Of a stretch of 64,000 bases of DNA, positions 49,134 through 58,070 are shown one piece after another. The stretch is from a virus. Its lineage: Duplodnaviria; Caudoviricetes. The notes under the pieces were generated by a model that searched no databases, was not told the origin of the DNA, and saw nothing but the letters and a program-made list of their open reading frames with translations. Each line of letters begins with the position of its first letter. Position 1 is the first letter of the stretch. The DNA is taken from IMG/VR virus record IMGVR_UViG_3300031548_000003, positions 1 through 64,000 of that record; one strand, written 5' to 3'. A program made the translations under genes and the position numbers.

Positions 49134-49841
49134 AATTTAGTTAAACGTATTTAGATAAATTAAGTTACAGTTTTTGCAGAGACAATGCTTGATTTGTAAC
49201 TACAAAGAATAAAGTAATTACCCCTGCCTGTGATATTTAAGATTTGAGATAAATTGCCTATGATCATGAATCATTACCGGGGAAACCGAATATCTAAGGT
49301 AAATGGATCACGGGGTAGGCCGTACTCATTTGGTAATGGCATTAATTATAGGTCTTTGTAGTGCTCGTTCCAAGCATCGGGGGGATGCAAGTTTAGCTCA
49401 GACTGCGTGCTATATAGGTGACCCTACTCTAATCATTAAGATAGGTATTTGTCCAGAATACAACGATTAGAAAAGTAGGGTCAATATTTTATTACTCTGG
49501 ACTAGAGTAACCTCTCAATATCTATGCCGAAATTTAGTTAATTTTTAGTAACTTCAGTTCTTAGAGTTGGTAGAAACAGTACCAAGAGAATCGCCACTCT
49601 TTTATGACACAAAGTCATTTTGGTTTTACCGATATGCCGAATTACACTACCAACCTAAAAACTTTCAATTATTCTACCTAGTTTCGCCCCCTGTATCCCC
49701 AGCTATCCACTTTATCAGTGTGGTGCTAAGAAGATGTTTAAGGTACGCCTTAACGACACTTGCTGATGTGGAGGTGTACCTAAGACCGTTTTAGCCTTCA
49801 TCCAACAAGTTTGAGGGAGCCATCCCTATAAGAATAATCTG

Positions 49842-49914
49842 AGCACCATCGTGGATTCGAACCACGTTCTTCCCGTCTACAAGACAGGGCTTCACCATTC
49901 AAAGCTTATGGTAC
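49842..49914 (-). tRNA. tRNA-Thr(TGT)
   Basis: GTACCAT/ATGGTGC acceptor; CCTGT-CTTGTAG-ACGGG anticodon arm; CGTGG-TTCGAAT-CCACG T arm; 73 nt; no encoded CCA. Confidence 0.8.
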
Positions 49915-49919
49915 TTTTG

Positions 49920-50097
49920 CGAACGAGACAGGATTCGAACCTGTAAACCACACATGCTATTCAGGTTTTTATGCCTGAATAATATCAGTTATTACAATCC
50001 AGTACCTTATAGGCATATGATACTACTTAGCTGGTATCGATCTGCGGTTACAACTGTTTGCTTTTAAAATAGCGTCTACCAATTCCGCCACTCGTCC
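49920..50097 (-). ncRNA. tRNA-like RNA B (178 nt): same ends as RNA A, ~126-nt multi-hairpin insert
   Basis: 5' GGACGAGTGGCGGAATTGGTAGACGC and 3' TTACAGGTTCGAATCCTGTCTCGTTC identical to 1877-1983. Confidence 0.7.
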
Positions 50098-50101
50098 ATA
50101 A

Positions 50102-50336
50102 AAAACTAACTTGTCCATTTCCAAGTGGAATACCTGCTTTTACAACTTGCTAGTTTGGCTAACACCATAATCTGTTGATGATCATGAGGTATCTTACAAT
50201 AAACATCATCCTCTTGGCAGGAATGTAACATTGGAAGCTATTTTGACACCATTAAATAGAGTTTAACTCCATATAACCGCTTCTCGGGACTAACCAATCA
50301 GTCAATGCTACTGTTTATCTTCAGCAAGTTAGTTTT
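50102..50336 (-). ncRNA. Putative structured RNA closed by a 12-bp terminal stem
   Basis: AAAACTAACTTG (50102-50113) pairs with CAAGTTAGTTTT (50325-50336); lies between tRNA-type genes; no ORF in track. Confidence 0.45.
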
Positions 50337-50343
50337 ATGTTTT

Positions 50344-50482
50344 AAAACATTAGAACAGTAGTTTTGAGTATCCTATCCTACTTAGCTCAGAGACCTTCCA
50401 AGATACCATCAACGTTCTCGTTACCTCACGATAACTGGTTACTGTTGGATTTGAACACAACTCGCCAAGCATCTAATGTTTT
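50344..50482 (-). ncRNA. Putative structured RNA closed by an 11-bp terminal stem
   Basis: AAAACATTAGA (50344-50354) pairs with TCTAATGTTTT (50472-50482); abuts the tRNA-Phe 3' end. Confidence 0.45.
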
Positions 50483-50483
50483 G

Positions 50484-50556
50484 TGGAACCCTGAGGAATC
50501 GAACCTCATTAGCTGAATTTTCAGTCCAGTGCATACACCACGTCTGCCAGAGTTCC
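50484..50556 (-). tRNA. tRNA-Phe(GAA)
   Basis: GGAACTC/GGGTTCC acceptor; CTGGA-CTGAAAA-TTCAG anticodon arm; TGAGG-TTCGATT-CCTCA T arm; 73 nt. Confidence 0.85.
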
Positions 50557-50797
50557 AGAATTAAACGAGTTTAGGTATTTAAACGTTATATTTAGTTAAA
50601 AAGTTTCAGGATCAAACGAGAAAATAACCCCTTATGTTCCTCACAGTAAGCTTCATTAATATCTTTTAGTATTATTCTACAACTATTACAAATAGCTACA
50701 GGACTACCTGAGTTATATTTTATTAGGGGCTTTATTTTTCGTTTAAATTTCATCATCAAATAGTCTCATATTCCAAATCAAACGAAAAGAAATTCCT

Positions 50798-51052
50798 CTA
50801 AACCAATAATAACCGTCTACTTAATTCCCTTTCAAACATCCAGTCAACACAATAACTTCCTCCCTTTTCTGCCCATATCATCTGATCCTCTCCATTTAAA
50901 TAAACCCTATAAGATATATGAGGCTCATCTTCGCTATAATTTCCATGTCTACTAGAAGGTATATAAATAGTCTTCTTTTCTACTTCATATCCTAACCTAT
51001 TAAGGTAGGCTACTTTTTCTTCAAACGTATAGAATAATGTAATGTGCTTCAT
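50798..51052 (-). CDS. Hypothetical protein
   Basis: 84 aa; coupled to the primase-helicase. Confidence 0.6.
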   Translation of the reverse strand: MKHITLFYTFEEKVAYLNRLGYEVEKKTIYIPSSRHGNYSEDEPHISYRVYLNGEDQMIWAEKGGSYCVDWMFERELSRRLLLV

Positions 51053-52824
51053 ATTCTTGAATGTCTAATTGGGTCTAATCCATTACAGGTGTACCCACAG
51101 TAGTCTTTATTAATTTTTAAGATTACAGGGCTATCTTTCTCCGTTTGAAATCCACCAGTCTCAACTTCCTTTATCTTGGCTACATGTACCTGTAGATTCT
51201 CCCGTTCAAAAGGATGATTAGTTAATCTGTGAAGAATTAAAAAATCATCTACCTTATTGCTTTTCATTACACCCATTTCAGTATCTCCTTTAATTGGTAC
51301 TAGGATGTAACCGTCTTTATCCTTCTTCCTGGCGGCTTCAGAGTTGATATGATCACACACCCACACTGATGAATAGTTCTCCTTGAATACTCTGAGGATG
51401 TTTAGAGAATGAATTAAATTCGAGTATCTGTCTACGTTCTTAGGGGGATCAAAACTATTCCAGGGTTCGGCTACTAACACTTCATATTGAAACCCTTCAT
51501 CATGAATGATTTCTGCTTTTAACAGAAAATCCTCTAGGGTATGAAATTGTTTTGAACTTATAATCCTGAAATGTTTTTTTACGAATTCGTGAGACTTAGT
51601 TAATTCTTCGCCATCCATTAATTTTAATGGTTTTCCGATATAAAATTCCTTCAGCTTCTTTCTTACCATTCCATCCCCGTTTTCAGCAGAATGAATTAGA
51701 ATCTTCCACCCATGAAGTCTAGCAGCAAGAACAGCCAAATACCATACTAAATAGCTTTTGCCTACATTATCCAGTGCAACACACCAAACAATATGATGTT
51801 TCTTAAACATCCAATAAGGGTTTAAACCGTTCAATCCGGTGGGCAGCCCCATTTCAAGAGTTCCATTTATAACAGCTAATTCATATTCCAGCATCTCACT
51901 TTCATCAGCTAGAAAGTCATAACTGCCATCTTCTCTTCGTAAGAATTGCTGTGACTTCTCAATCTTCTTGCTTTCTACAAGAGGTTGTGCTTTTCCATAC
52001 CCTATTCCATCTAGAATAGTCTGGTGCGCTCCATCAAAATCTTTTGGCCCCTTGGCCTTTATCTCCTCATCTAGGATTTTAATAGCCTCTTCCTCATTTA
52101 CTCGTCCGGTAGCTATGTACCCACCTAAGAGTTTTGCAGCTTTTAAAAGAGTCTCATGTTTATTCCCATCATAACTAGATCTCACCATTCCTACAGCAGT
52201 AGAGATGACCTGATGAGTTCTGCGATTAGCTACTTTCTCTTTGTTCTTCTTCCTATCCTCTTCCTTCATCCGCTTGTCCCATACCAAGGCATTAGGATAG
52301 ATGTAGATATTTGGGTCATAACTTTCGTAGGTTCCTCTGGAGATGTTTCTCGAAGTGGAGTCTAACTCTGGATATCGGTCAAGGAATGCGGTATAGTAGA
52401 GGTTATGATTCTCGATGGAAGCCGGACATTTAACGAGAGCCTTTACTCCCAATCCACTAGGACCAATCCAGGCGGCATAGATATAAGGGTCATTCTTTAA
52501 CTGCTCTATTTTCTGAATTACATCACATTTGTCCCAATCAAGAACAAAGACCCCTGAATGTTCAGTTACGCAGTCATCTAACCGACAGGTATTGTAGGTT
52601 CTACCCTTCTTGGTTACTTCTTTAGGTTCTACTTTTGCAGCACTAAATACAACGAATGGTAACTCCTCTTTATCTTCATCATAATTCTCCTCTGCCCCCG
52701 CCTTTCTTCTTATTTCATTTATCTTATCTTTTGATTTACCCTCTCTTATTCTTTCTAAAGCCCTCTCCACTGAGATATAAAGAGGATTGTTAATGTCTCC
52801 GTAATTCTTAAAAATGGTTATCAT
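51049..52824 (-). CDS. Primase (VirE-N/BT4734-like) fused to DnaB-like helicase
   Basis: LPFVVFS...SGVFVLDWD...GPSGLGVK...YESYDP primase; ALDNVGKS Walker A; SAENG; KIKE. Confidence 0.8.
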   Translation of the reverse strand: MITIFKNYGDINNPLYISVERALERIREGKSKDKINEIRRKAGAEENYDEDKEELPFVVFSAAKVEPKEVTKKGRTYNTCRLDDCVTEHSGVFVLDWDKCDVIQKIEQLKNDPYIYAAWIGPSGLGVKALVKCPASIENHNLYYTAFLDRYPELDSTSRNISRGTYESYDPNIYIYPNALVWDKRMKEEDRKKNKEKVANRRTHQVISTAVGMVRSSYDGNKHETLLKAAKLLGGYIATGRVNEEEAIKILDEEIKAKGPKDFDGAHQTILDGIGYGKAQPLVESKKIEKSQQFLRREDGSYDFLADESEMLEYELAVINGTLEMGLPTGLNGLNPYWMFKKHHIVWCVALDNVGKSYLVWYLAVLAARLHGWKILIHSAENGDGMVRKKLKEFYIGKPLKLMDGEELTKSHEFVKKHFRIISSKQFHTLEDFLLKAEIIHDEGFQYEVLVAEPWNSFDPPKNVDRYSNLIHSLNILRVFKENYSSVWVCDHINSEAARKKDKDGYILVPIKGDTEMGVMKSNKVDDFLILHRLTNHPFERENLQVHVAKIKEVETGGFQTEKDSPVILKINKDYCGYTCNGLDPIRHSRI

Positions 52825-53018
52825 TTAAACAGAGTGGTTAAATTGTACTGTTCAATCTTCCTATCAAGGGTCTTTCTTACTATGCCTAATTTCTTAGCCA
52901 TTAAATTTCTGTCACTTTTAGCTGACAGAAATGCCAATTTTATCAGCCTTATTTCTAAGGATTTAATGGTTAAATCCTCTTTGTCATGTTTTACTGACAA
53001 CTTTTTGTCACCTGACAT
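52821..53018 (-). CDS. Fis-type HTH protein
   Basis: RNLMAKKLGIVRKTLDRKIEQY. Confidence 0.7.
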   Translation of the reverse strand: MSGDKKLSVKHDKEDLTIKSLEIRLIKLAFLSAKSDRNLMAKKLGIVRKTLDRKIEQYNLTTLFK

Positions 53019-53020
53019 AT

Positions 53021-53683
53021 TTAGTTAAATTTTAGTTGTTTTGAGCCCCATTGATTAGCCATTGCTTTGGCTATTCCGGGATATGTTTTACTTCTTAGTT
53101 TAGCTCTATCCCCACTCGGGGGTAATTTCCAAATTCTCTGTTCCCTGCCTTCCACTATTTCAGTAGGTTCAAGTTCCGGTAAGCCTATAAGCCATAAGCA
53201 TGTTGCTTTTGTTTCACCATGACCAAACATCCAAGGTTGAATTATTTGAGTAGGTCTAATACCTATTATCTCCATAGCATACTTGTGCATAATGGGGTTT
53301 TCTAAAAACCCCATCCCGACCCGCTCCACATTCGCATATAGACTTCGGAAGAATACTGCCGCATCAACCATTTTTTCAAACCTTGCGGGGTTGATATAGA
53401 TTTGATATTTATCAGACCATTCATAACCCACCTTCAAAGTTCTGCTTGCAAGCCATCTTACACCAGCATTTGTTAAATATGTACACTCAGGATGACAGCC
53501 TAGAAAATCCAAACCTATTGTGAACCGAGAGGCTGATAATACGTGAAAGCAGTCATCCTTTATATGCCATTCTTTATGGTCTCCAGAACAATCTTGAATA
53601 TCATTTGAATAGAACTCATGGCCTTGTTCTCTAAATGCTTTTGTTACTTCCTGACTTTCTTCACATACGATGAGTCCTTTCAT
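53021..53683 (-). CDS. DNA cytosine methyltransferase-like protein
   Basis: GLIVCEESQEV, HPECT catalytic motif, FLENP, RSKTYPGIA. Confidence 0.75.
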   Translation of the reverse strand: MKGLIVCEESQEVTKAFREQGHEFYSNDIQDCSGDHKEWHIKDDCFHVLSASRFTIGLDFLGCHPECTYLTNAGVRWLASRTLKVGYEWSDKYQIYINPARFEKMVDAAVFFRSLYANVERVGMGFLENPIMHKYAMEIIGIRPTQIIQPWMFGHGETKATCLWLIGLPELEPTEIVEGREQRIWKLPPSGDRAKLRSKTYPGIAKAMANQWGSKQLKFN

Positions 53684-53771
53684 TATTAGTTATTTTTAGT
53701 TAAATTGTCAGGCGATAACCTGACTTTATTTTGTATTTATCAGGGTATAACCTGAAAATCAAAATGACCGT

Positions 53772-54050
53772 CTAACTATTGATTGTATAAATACCTTCAA
53801 GACCAGTAATCATGCCTACTCTAAATAAGTTTCGTAATTGTTTCCAGGTATACGAACCTCCGTATAGACTTTTAGCATAATCCCTTACAAAGGATTTACC
53901 GACCATCAGGATAGAATTCTGTTTGTCCCCGTTTTTTGGAAGCAAATCATTCACCAGCTTTTGTAGATCCTCATAAGTTATTTTAGTGTAATCTTCAGTT
54001 GAGTCGTTCATAGTTTTGAAATTTAAACGAGAAACAAATCTCCTAACCAA
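53772..54050 (-). CDS. Hypothetical protein
   Basis: Likely start at MNDST. Confidence 0.45.
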   Translation of the reverse strand: MVRRFVSRLNFKTMNDSTEDYTKITYEDLQKLVNDLLPKNGDKQNSILMVGKSFVRDYAKSLYGGSYTWKQLRNLFRVGMITGLEGIYTINS

Positions 54051-54393
54051 TCATTTTCTCATAACGCTGAGGATCTAACATCTTAGTTACTTTGAGTATT
54101 TGCTCGTAGTTCAGGAGGTTCTTTATTTCGTTTGAGGCCACATTTTCCGCTAATAGGTTACAAGAAAAACAAGATCTGAACCAGTTAATAGGGTTCCAGA
54201 TATACTCTGTTTTACCTGAAGACTTACAAAGTGCTTTAGGATAAATATGAGCTGTACAGGTCGCAGGTTGCCCACATCCTTCACAGCTTCCTACAGGGTC
54301 AAATAGATAGAATTCCTTATATGCAGCACTTAATTTTGATTTAATAACACCTTCCGAAACTTTGGTCCCATCTGAGCATTTGTAATAGTTCAT
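54043..54393 (-). CDS. NinG/HNH-like small nuclease
   Basis: CEGC...AHIYP...N...CFSCN. Confidence 0.6.
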   Translation of the reverse strand: MNYYKCSDGTKVSEGVIKSKLSAAYKEFYLFDPVGSCEGCGQPATCTAHIYPKALCKSSGKTEYIWNPINWFRSCFSCNLLAENVASNEIKNLLNYEQILKVTKMLDPQRYEKMIG

Positions 54394-54488
54394 CTAGGCG
54401 AGTACCAATGCCAATGTCGAGAAGATGATAGAAACAATTATAATTAAGGCATAATCGTCAATTTCAAAGTTTTTTCCGATTTTCATTT

Positions 54489-54665
54489 TTAGTTATTTTT
54501 AGTTATTTCCGAATTAAACGAGGAAACCTCTATGTACCAATCACAACCATTGTTATAAACAAATTGACCATATGCTTGCCAGTAATCATTAGGTATAGCT
54601 ACGTATCTATAGCAGGTCTTTTTAAGAGGACATTCCTCATTTTTACACATTGATATATCAGACAT
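54489..54665 (-). CDS. Small Cys-rich phage protein (58 aa, not in ORF track)
   Basis: MSDISMCKNEECPLKKTCYRY... Confidence 0.6.
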   Translation of the reverse strand: MSDISMCKNEECPLKKTCYRYVAIPNDYWQAYGQFVYNNGCDWYIEVSSFNSEITKNN

Positions 54666-54679
54666 AATTACCTCCTTAA

Positions 54680-55375
54680 TTAAAAGTATTCATTATAAGT
54701 AGAATCCAAGGCTCTCTTCAAAAAGAGTAATTGAAGATTAGTATCGTACCTCACGTACCAATCGTCACCGTACTGAAGTTTGTACATATTCTGTACCACT
54801 TCCCTCATCTCTTCTTTAGATTTACCTTCCAGAACCTCAGCGGCAGTTGCTTCTGAGAAATTAGGCGGACTAGTCCAATGTGACTTATACGGGTTCTTGA
54901 TTCCAGGTATATTATCAACTTTATCCCCAGTCAGGCATTGGCGGTAGAAAAAGAACTCAGGATTATTAATCACGTGAACTTGATCTTTAAATGGGTCATA
55001 GATAGTAGCCGGTAACTGGAAGAAATCTTTATCGACGGAGCAGATAATACAATCCTCATCGTGATTCATAGCAATGAGGTCATCCGCTTCTAAACCAAAC
55101 GAAAAAATAGCCCCCCAATACTTTATAAAGTACTCTCTGGCATCATGCAGATATTGAGGTTTTGATGCTGAGACTCGATTAGCTTTATAGGAAGGATCAA
55201 TCTTTTTACGAAAGTTCTCTGGACCTGACAGAAAAAGAGAAATCTCCCTGGTATCCCACCTATCCATTATTCTTTCTAAGATATTCTCGCAAGCTTTTAC
55301 TCCTCTATAGTACCCTTCTACTGCAAACAGTCCTTTATACAGTACCCCGTCTAAATCAACTAGGAGTCTTACCAT
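54680..55375 (-). CDS. 5'-3' exonuclease / flap endonuclease (T7 gp6-like)
   Basis: LVDLD, NFRK...YKANR, LEADDL, SVDKD, GDKVDNIPG. Confidence 0.85.
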   Translation of the reverse strand: MVRLLVDLDGVLYKGLFAVEGYYRGVKACENILERIMDRWDTREISLFLSGPENFRKKIDPSYKANRVSASKPQYLHDAREYFIKYWGAIFSFGLEADDLIAMNHDEDCIICSVDKDFFQLPATIYDPFKDQVHVINNPEFFFYRQCLTGDKVDNIPGIKNPYKSHWTSPPNFSEATAAEVLEGKSKEEMREVVQNMYKLQYGDDWYVRYDTNLQLLFLKRALDSTYNEYF

Positions 55376-55572
55376 GATGAGACATCATCATTAGCCTCTA
55401 TGCGCATGAATAATCCAGCAACTATAAGCGTAGGACCGATTAGAATAAATGGTAAGTGAAAATTTCTAGCCTCAACAGTCCACATGGTGTCTCTTCTATA
55501 CGCCGCTCTAACTAAAAAATAGCCCCCTACTCCCATAGAAAGCCATACTAAAGCAATCAGTATAATTATCAT
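55369..55572 (-). CDS. Small two-TM membrane protein
   Basis: Two hydrophobic stretches. Confidence 0.55.
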   Translation of the reverse strand: MIIILIALVWLSMGVGGYFLVRAAYRRDTMWTVEARNFHLPFILIGPTLIVAGLFMRIEANDDVSSW

Positions 55573-55754
55573 TTTACTTTCTTTAATTCTTGAAATATGT
55601 CATAAATAGTCTCTCTATCTCCTTTTTGATATGCTACTGCTTCTCCTCCATAGATTATCCAGTTCTTAGTATGAAGAGCTACTAAGAATATCTGAGAGAT
55701 AAGTAATAAGGCTAGATAGAAAGGCAGCCCCAGTATTCTTTTGATATATTTCAT
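55569..55754 (-). CDS. Small membrane protein
   Basis: One TM; coupled. Confidence 0.6.
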   Translation of the reverse strand: MKYIKRILGLPFYLALLLISQIFLVALHTKNWIIYGGEAVAYQKGDRETIYDIFQELKKVK

Positions 55755-55957
55755 TGTCTTTCAATTAAATAATCTCCATTCCAACTAACTCTTTGCCCAT
55801 TTCTTAAATCGACAGTAACACATCCTATCTCTTTAGATATACTAACTACATCAGTATAAACACCTATCTTATCTCCATCATGATACATAGTGACCTGAAT
55901 ACAGGGAGACTTATCCCTTGAGCAGGATAATAATACCAGTAACGTTAATCGAATCAT
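55751..55957 (-). CDS. Small putative lipoprotein
   Basis: LLVLLSC; ATG preceded by tandem TAACTAAA. Confidence 0.55.
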   Translation of the reverse strand: MIRLTLLVLLSCSRDKSPCIQVTMYHDGDKIGVYTDVVSISKEIGCVTVDLRNGQRVSWNGDYLIERQ

Positions 55958-55999
55958 ATTTAGTTAATTTTAGTTAAATCCAAACGAGAAAAGAACTCC

Positions 56000-56287
56000 C
56001 TATAACTCCCCATTCACCGCCGCACATATAAGGATAATGTTCTGACGAAATTCATTGAATTTACCGTAATATTCACGGGATAATGGATGCCCTAATTCAT
56101 ATTCACCCCAGTACCCTCTACGAAAACCATCTTCAACATGAGACTCAAGCTCTTCTCTAGAAGGGCAGATTAGCGACCATGCTTCAGAGCTTAGCATTTC
56201 ATCAGATAGATGATTACAAAGTCCATAGACATTTTTCTCTGAACCTATCCATTTGTAATAAAAATCAAGAAATGGTGTATTTTTCAT
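56000..56287 (-). CDS. Hypothetical protein
   Basis: 95 aa. Confidence 0.6.
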   Translation of the reverse strand: MKNTPFLDFYYKWIGSEKNVYGLCNHLSDEMLSSEAWSLICPSREELESHVEDGFRRGYWGEYELGHPLSREYYGKFNEFRQNIILICAAVNGEL

Positions 56288-56478
56288 ATATCGAATCCTT
56301 TAAAACACCTACAATACCTTGCTTCCTCTATAAGGATATCAAATAACTCGTTATCCTTTTTAGGAAGTCCTAACCAACCAGCAGCATACTTCTCCGAATG
56401 ACTACCCCATAACCAGGCGCAAGTCTCAAGATCAGTATCCACCCCACCAGAGGTCATGACTTCGTAAATCCTTTCCAC
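56284..56478 (-). CDS. Hypothetical protein
   Basis: GTG start; coupled to 56000-56287. Confidence 0.4.
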   Translation of the reverse strand: MERIYEVMTSGGVDTDLETCAWLWGSHSEKYAAGWLGLPKKDNELFDILIEEARYCRCFKGFDI

Positions 56479-56879
56479 ATCAGAAAGGTACTCATGAGTA
56501 AACGGTTCTGCTTTTTGTAAGTAAACTTCATACCGCTCCTAACGAACACTTATCTAATTTAGTTACATCATTTTCTAAATTAGTTACAACTCAATCCTAA
56601 GCCCTAGGAGACTCTATAATTACTGGGATGATTACAGATAGGTCTAAAATAATCTCTTCCTATAAGTCAATTCTGAGGGTATAGGAGAAAATCCTCTGTT
56701 TCTGTATAGAATTCAAGGATTTATATAATTTTTTGTATGTGGAGTATGGTTAATCCCCTACCCACCCCCGTCTTTTTACCCTAAAGTTTGACATACCCCC
56801 TGGGATGATCAATTCCCCCTGAAAAAGCATTCTTTATTTCCATAAAACTATTGAAGTAAAGGGCTGGGATGATTACAAT

Positions 56880-56964
56880 ACCTCACCTGACACCTCACCT
56901 GATTAGGGTAATACCTCATTTTTGATATTGAAAAGGCTGTTTTTATTAGTCCTGTCAGGACTGC
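56880..56964 (+). other. Second, inverted att-like half-site
   Basis: ACCTCACCTGACACCTCACC at 56880-56899 (reverse complement of the attP arms) and AGTCCTGTCAGGACTGC at 56948-56964 (14/17 to the attP core). Confidence 0.65.
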
Positions 56965-57471
56965 GATAACATTCAGTAGTCAAGTACGAAAGTATTCGTA
57001 GATAATAGATTATTACTCTACTCTTTGGATTAATAGAGGCTATTAAACAATTAAACTAATTATTGATGAAACTTTATTGATCAAGCAAACTAATCACTAA
57101 TAAACTATTAATTATTCAGTAGATTATTTGGATAGTTCCCGATAAAACACAAAGAATATTCTGAATTAATGTAATTAGGCATTATACTAACTCAAACAAG
57201 AGCTTTTTAAGCTTAAATTGGAATATTTACCCCACACTACAACGCGCCCGCAAACCTTTCTCTTCTCTCTTAGTGTAATTGCTTTTATAGGTAATTTGAT
57301 ATATGGGTTTAGGGGGTTTGTTTCTCGTTTGATTTTGAAAATAGTCTTTTTTATTATTTAAGGGGATTCTTTTCTCGTTTGATTCCCAAATTGAGACTAA
57401 CTAAATATTTAAATTATTTTTAGGTAATCCCTTGACTTTTAACCTAAATTAGGTATCTTTATATCATAATA

Positions 57472-57645
57472 ATGAATACGAATATGACAACATACAAAAA
57501 CATTCTAATTGGGCTGTTAGTTTTAGCGATTGGTTTAAGTATCATAGCCGGAGGCGATATTGTAGCAACAATTCTAGTTGGGCTAGTATTAACCATAGCA
57601 ATGATTGCTAGGTTTACAATGTACAATAATATTAAAAACGACTAA
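57472..57645 (+). CDS. Small two-TM membrane protein (57 aa, not in ORF track)
   Basis: MNTNMTTYKNILIGLLVLAIGLSIIAGGDIVATILVGLVLTIAMIARF...; first plus-strand gene. Confidence 0.55.
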   Translation: MNTNMTTYKNILIGLLVLAIGLSIIAGGDIVATILVGLVLTIAMIARFTMYNNIKND

Positions 57646-57656
57646 ATACAATAATT

Positions 57657-57995
57657 ATGAAAACACAACATACACCAGGGCCTTGGAATGTTGTAAAAAA
57701 GCCTTCTATGTTTATTGATGATTTAGAAATATCAATAGATATGATAGATACTAAATTTGGGCCAATTTGCAAGGTAATTGGGTCACGACATAATGCTAGC
57801 TTAATTGCGGAAGCACCCGGAATGCTTGAAGAGCTTGAGAAGGCGCACGAGATTATCCTCGTAATGCTCAACGCTTTGCCAGACCGTTTAAAACCATCTG
57901 TTGCAAAAAAACTTTACGAACGAGGTATTGCAGACGATGGAATGACGCGTTCGCATGAGCGCGAATCAGTGATTAGAAAAGCAAAAGGACTATGA
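57657..57995 (+). CDS. Early phage protein
   Basis: MKTQHTPGPW...NASLIAEAPGMLEEL, a common phage motif. Confidence 0.75.
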   Translation: MKTQHTPGPWNVVKKPSMFIDDLEISIDMIDTKFGPICKVIGSRHNASLIAEAPGMLEELEKAHEIILVMLNALPDRLKPSVAKKLYERGIADDGMTRSHERESVIRKAKGL

Positions 57996-58070
57996 AACTT
58001 TAAACACAATAATTATGAAAACCACATCAATTCAAGTAATTCTAGCTTTTGTACCTAAAAAGCAGGGCAA

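Noticed and set aside
49567-49794. 75-aa plus-strand ORF
   Set aside because: Antisense to the tRNA cluster, GTG start, no motif; the region is better explained as structured RNA.
50428-50438. DGR template repeat (ACGATAACTGG resembles a TR fragment)
   Set aside because: Only 11 nt, has a non-adenine mismatch to the VR, and the flanks do not align.
51049-55375. A complete replication module including DNA polymerase
   Set aside because: Primase-helicase and exonucleases are present, but no family A or B polymerase motifs were seen; it may lie outside the window or be host-supplied.
57205-57216. TTTTAAGCTTAA shared with attP (917-928) as an accessory-factor site
   Set aside because: A 12-bp AT-rich near-palindrome at a non-equivalent distance from the core; chance cannot be excluded.
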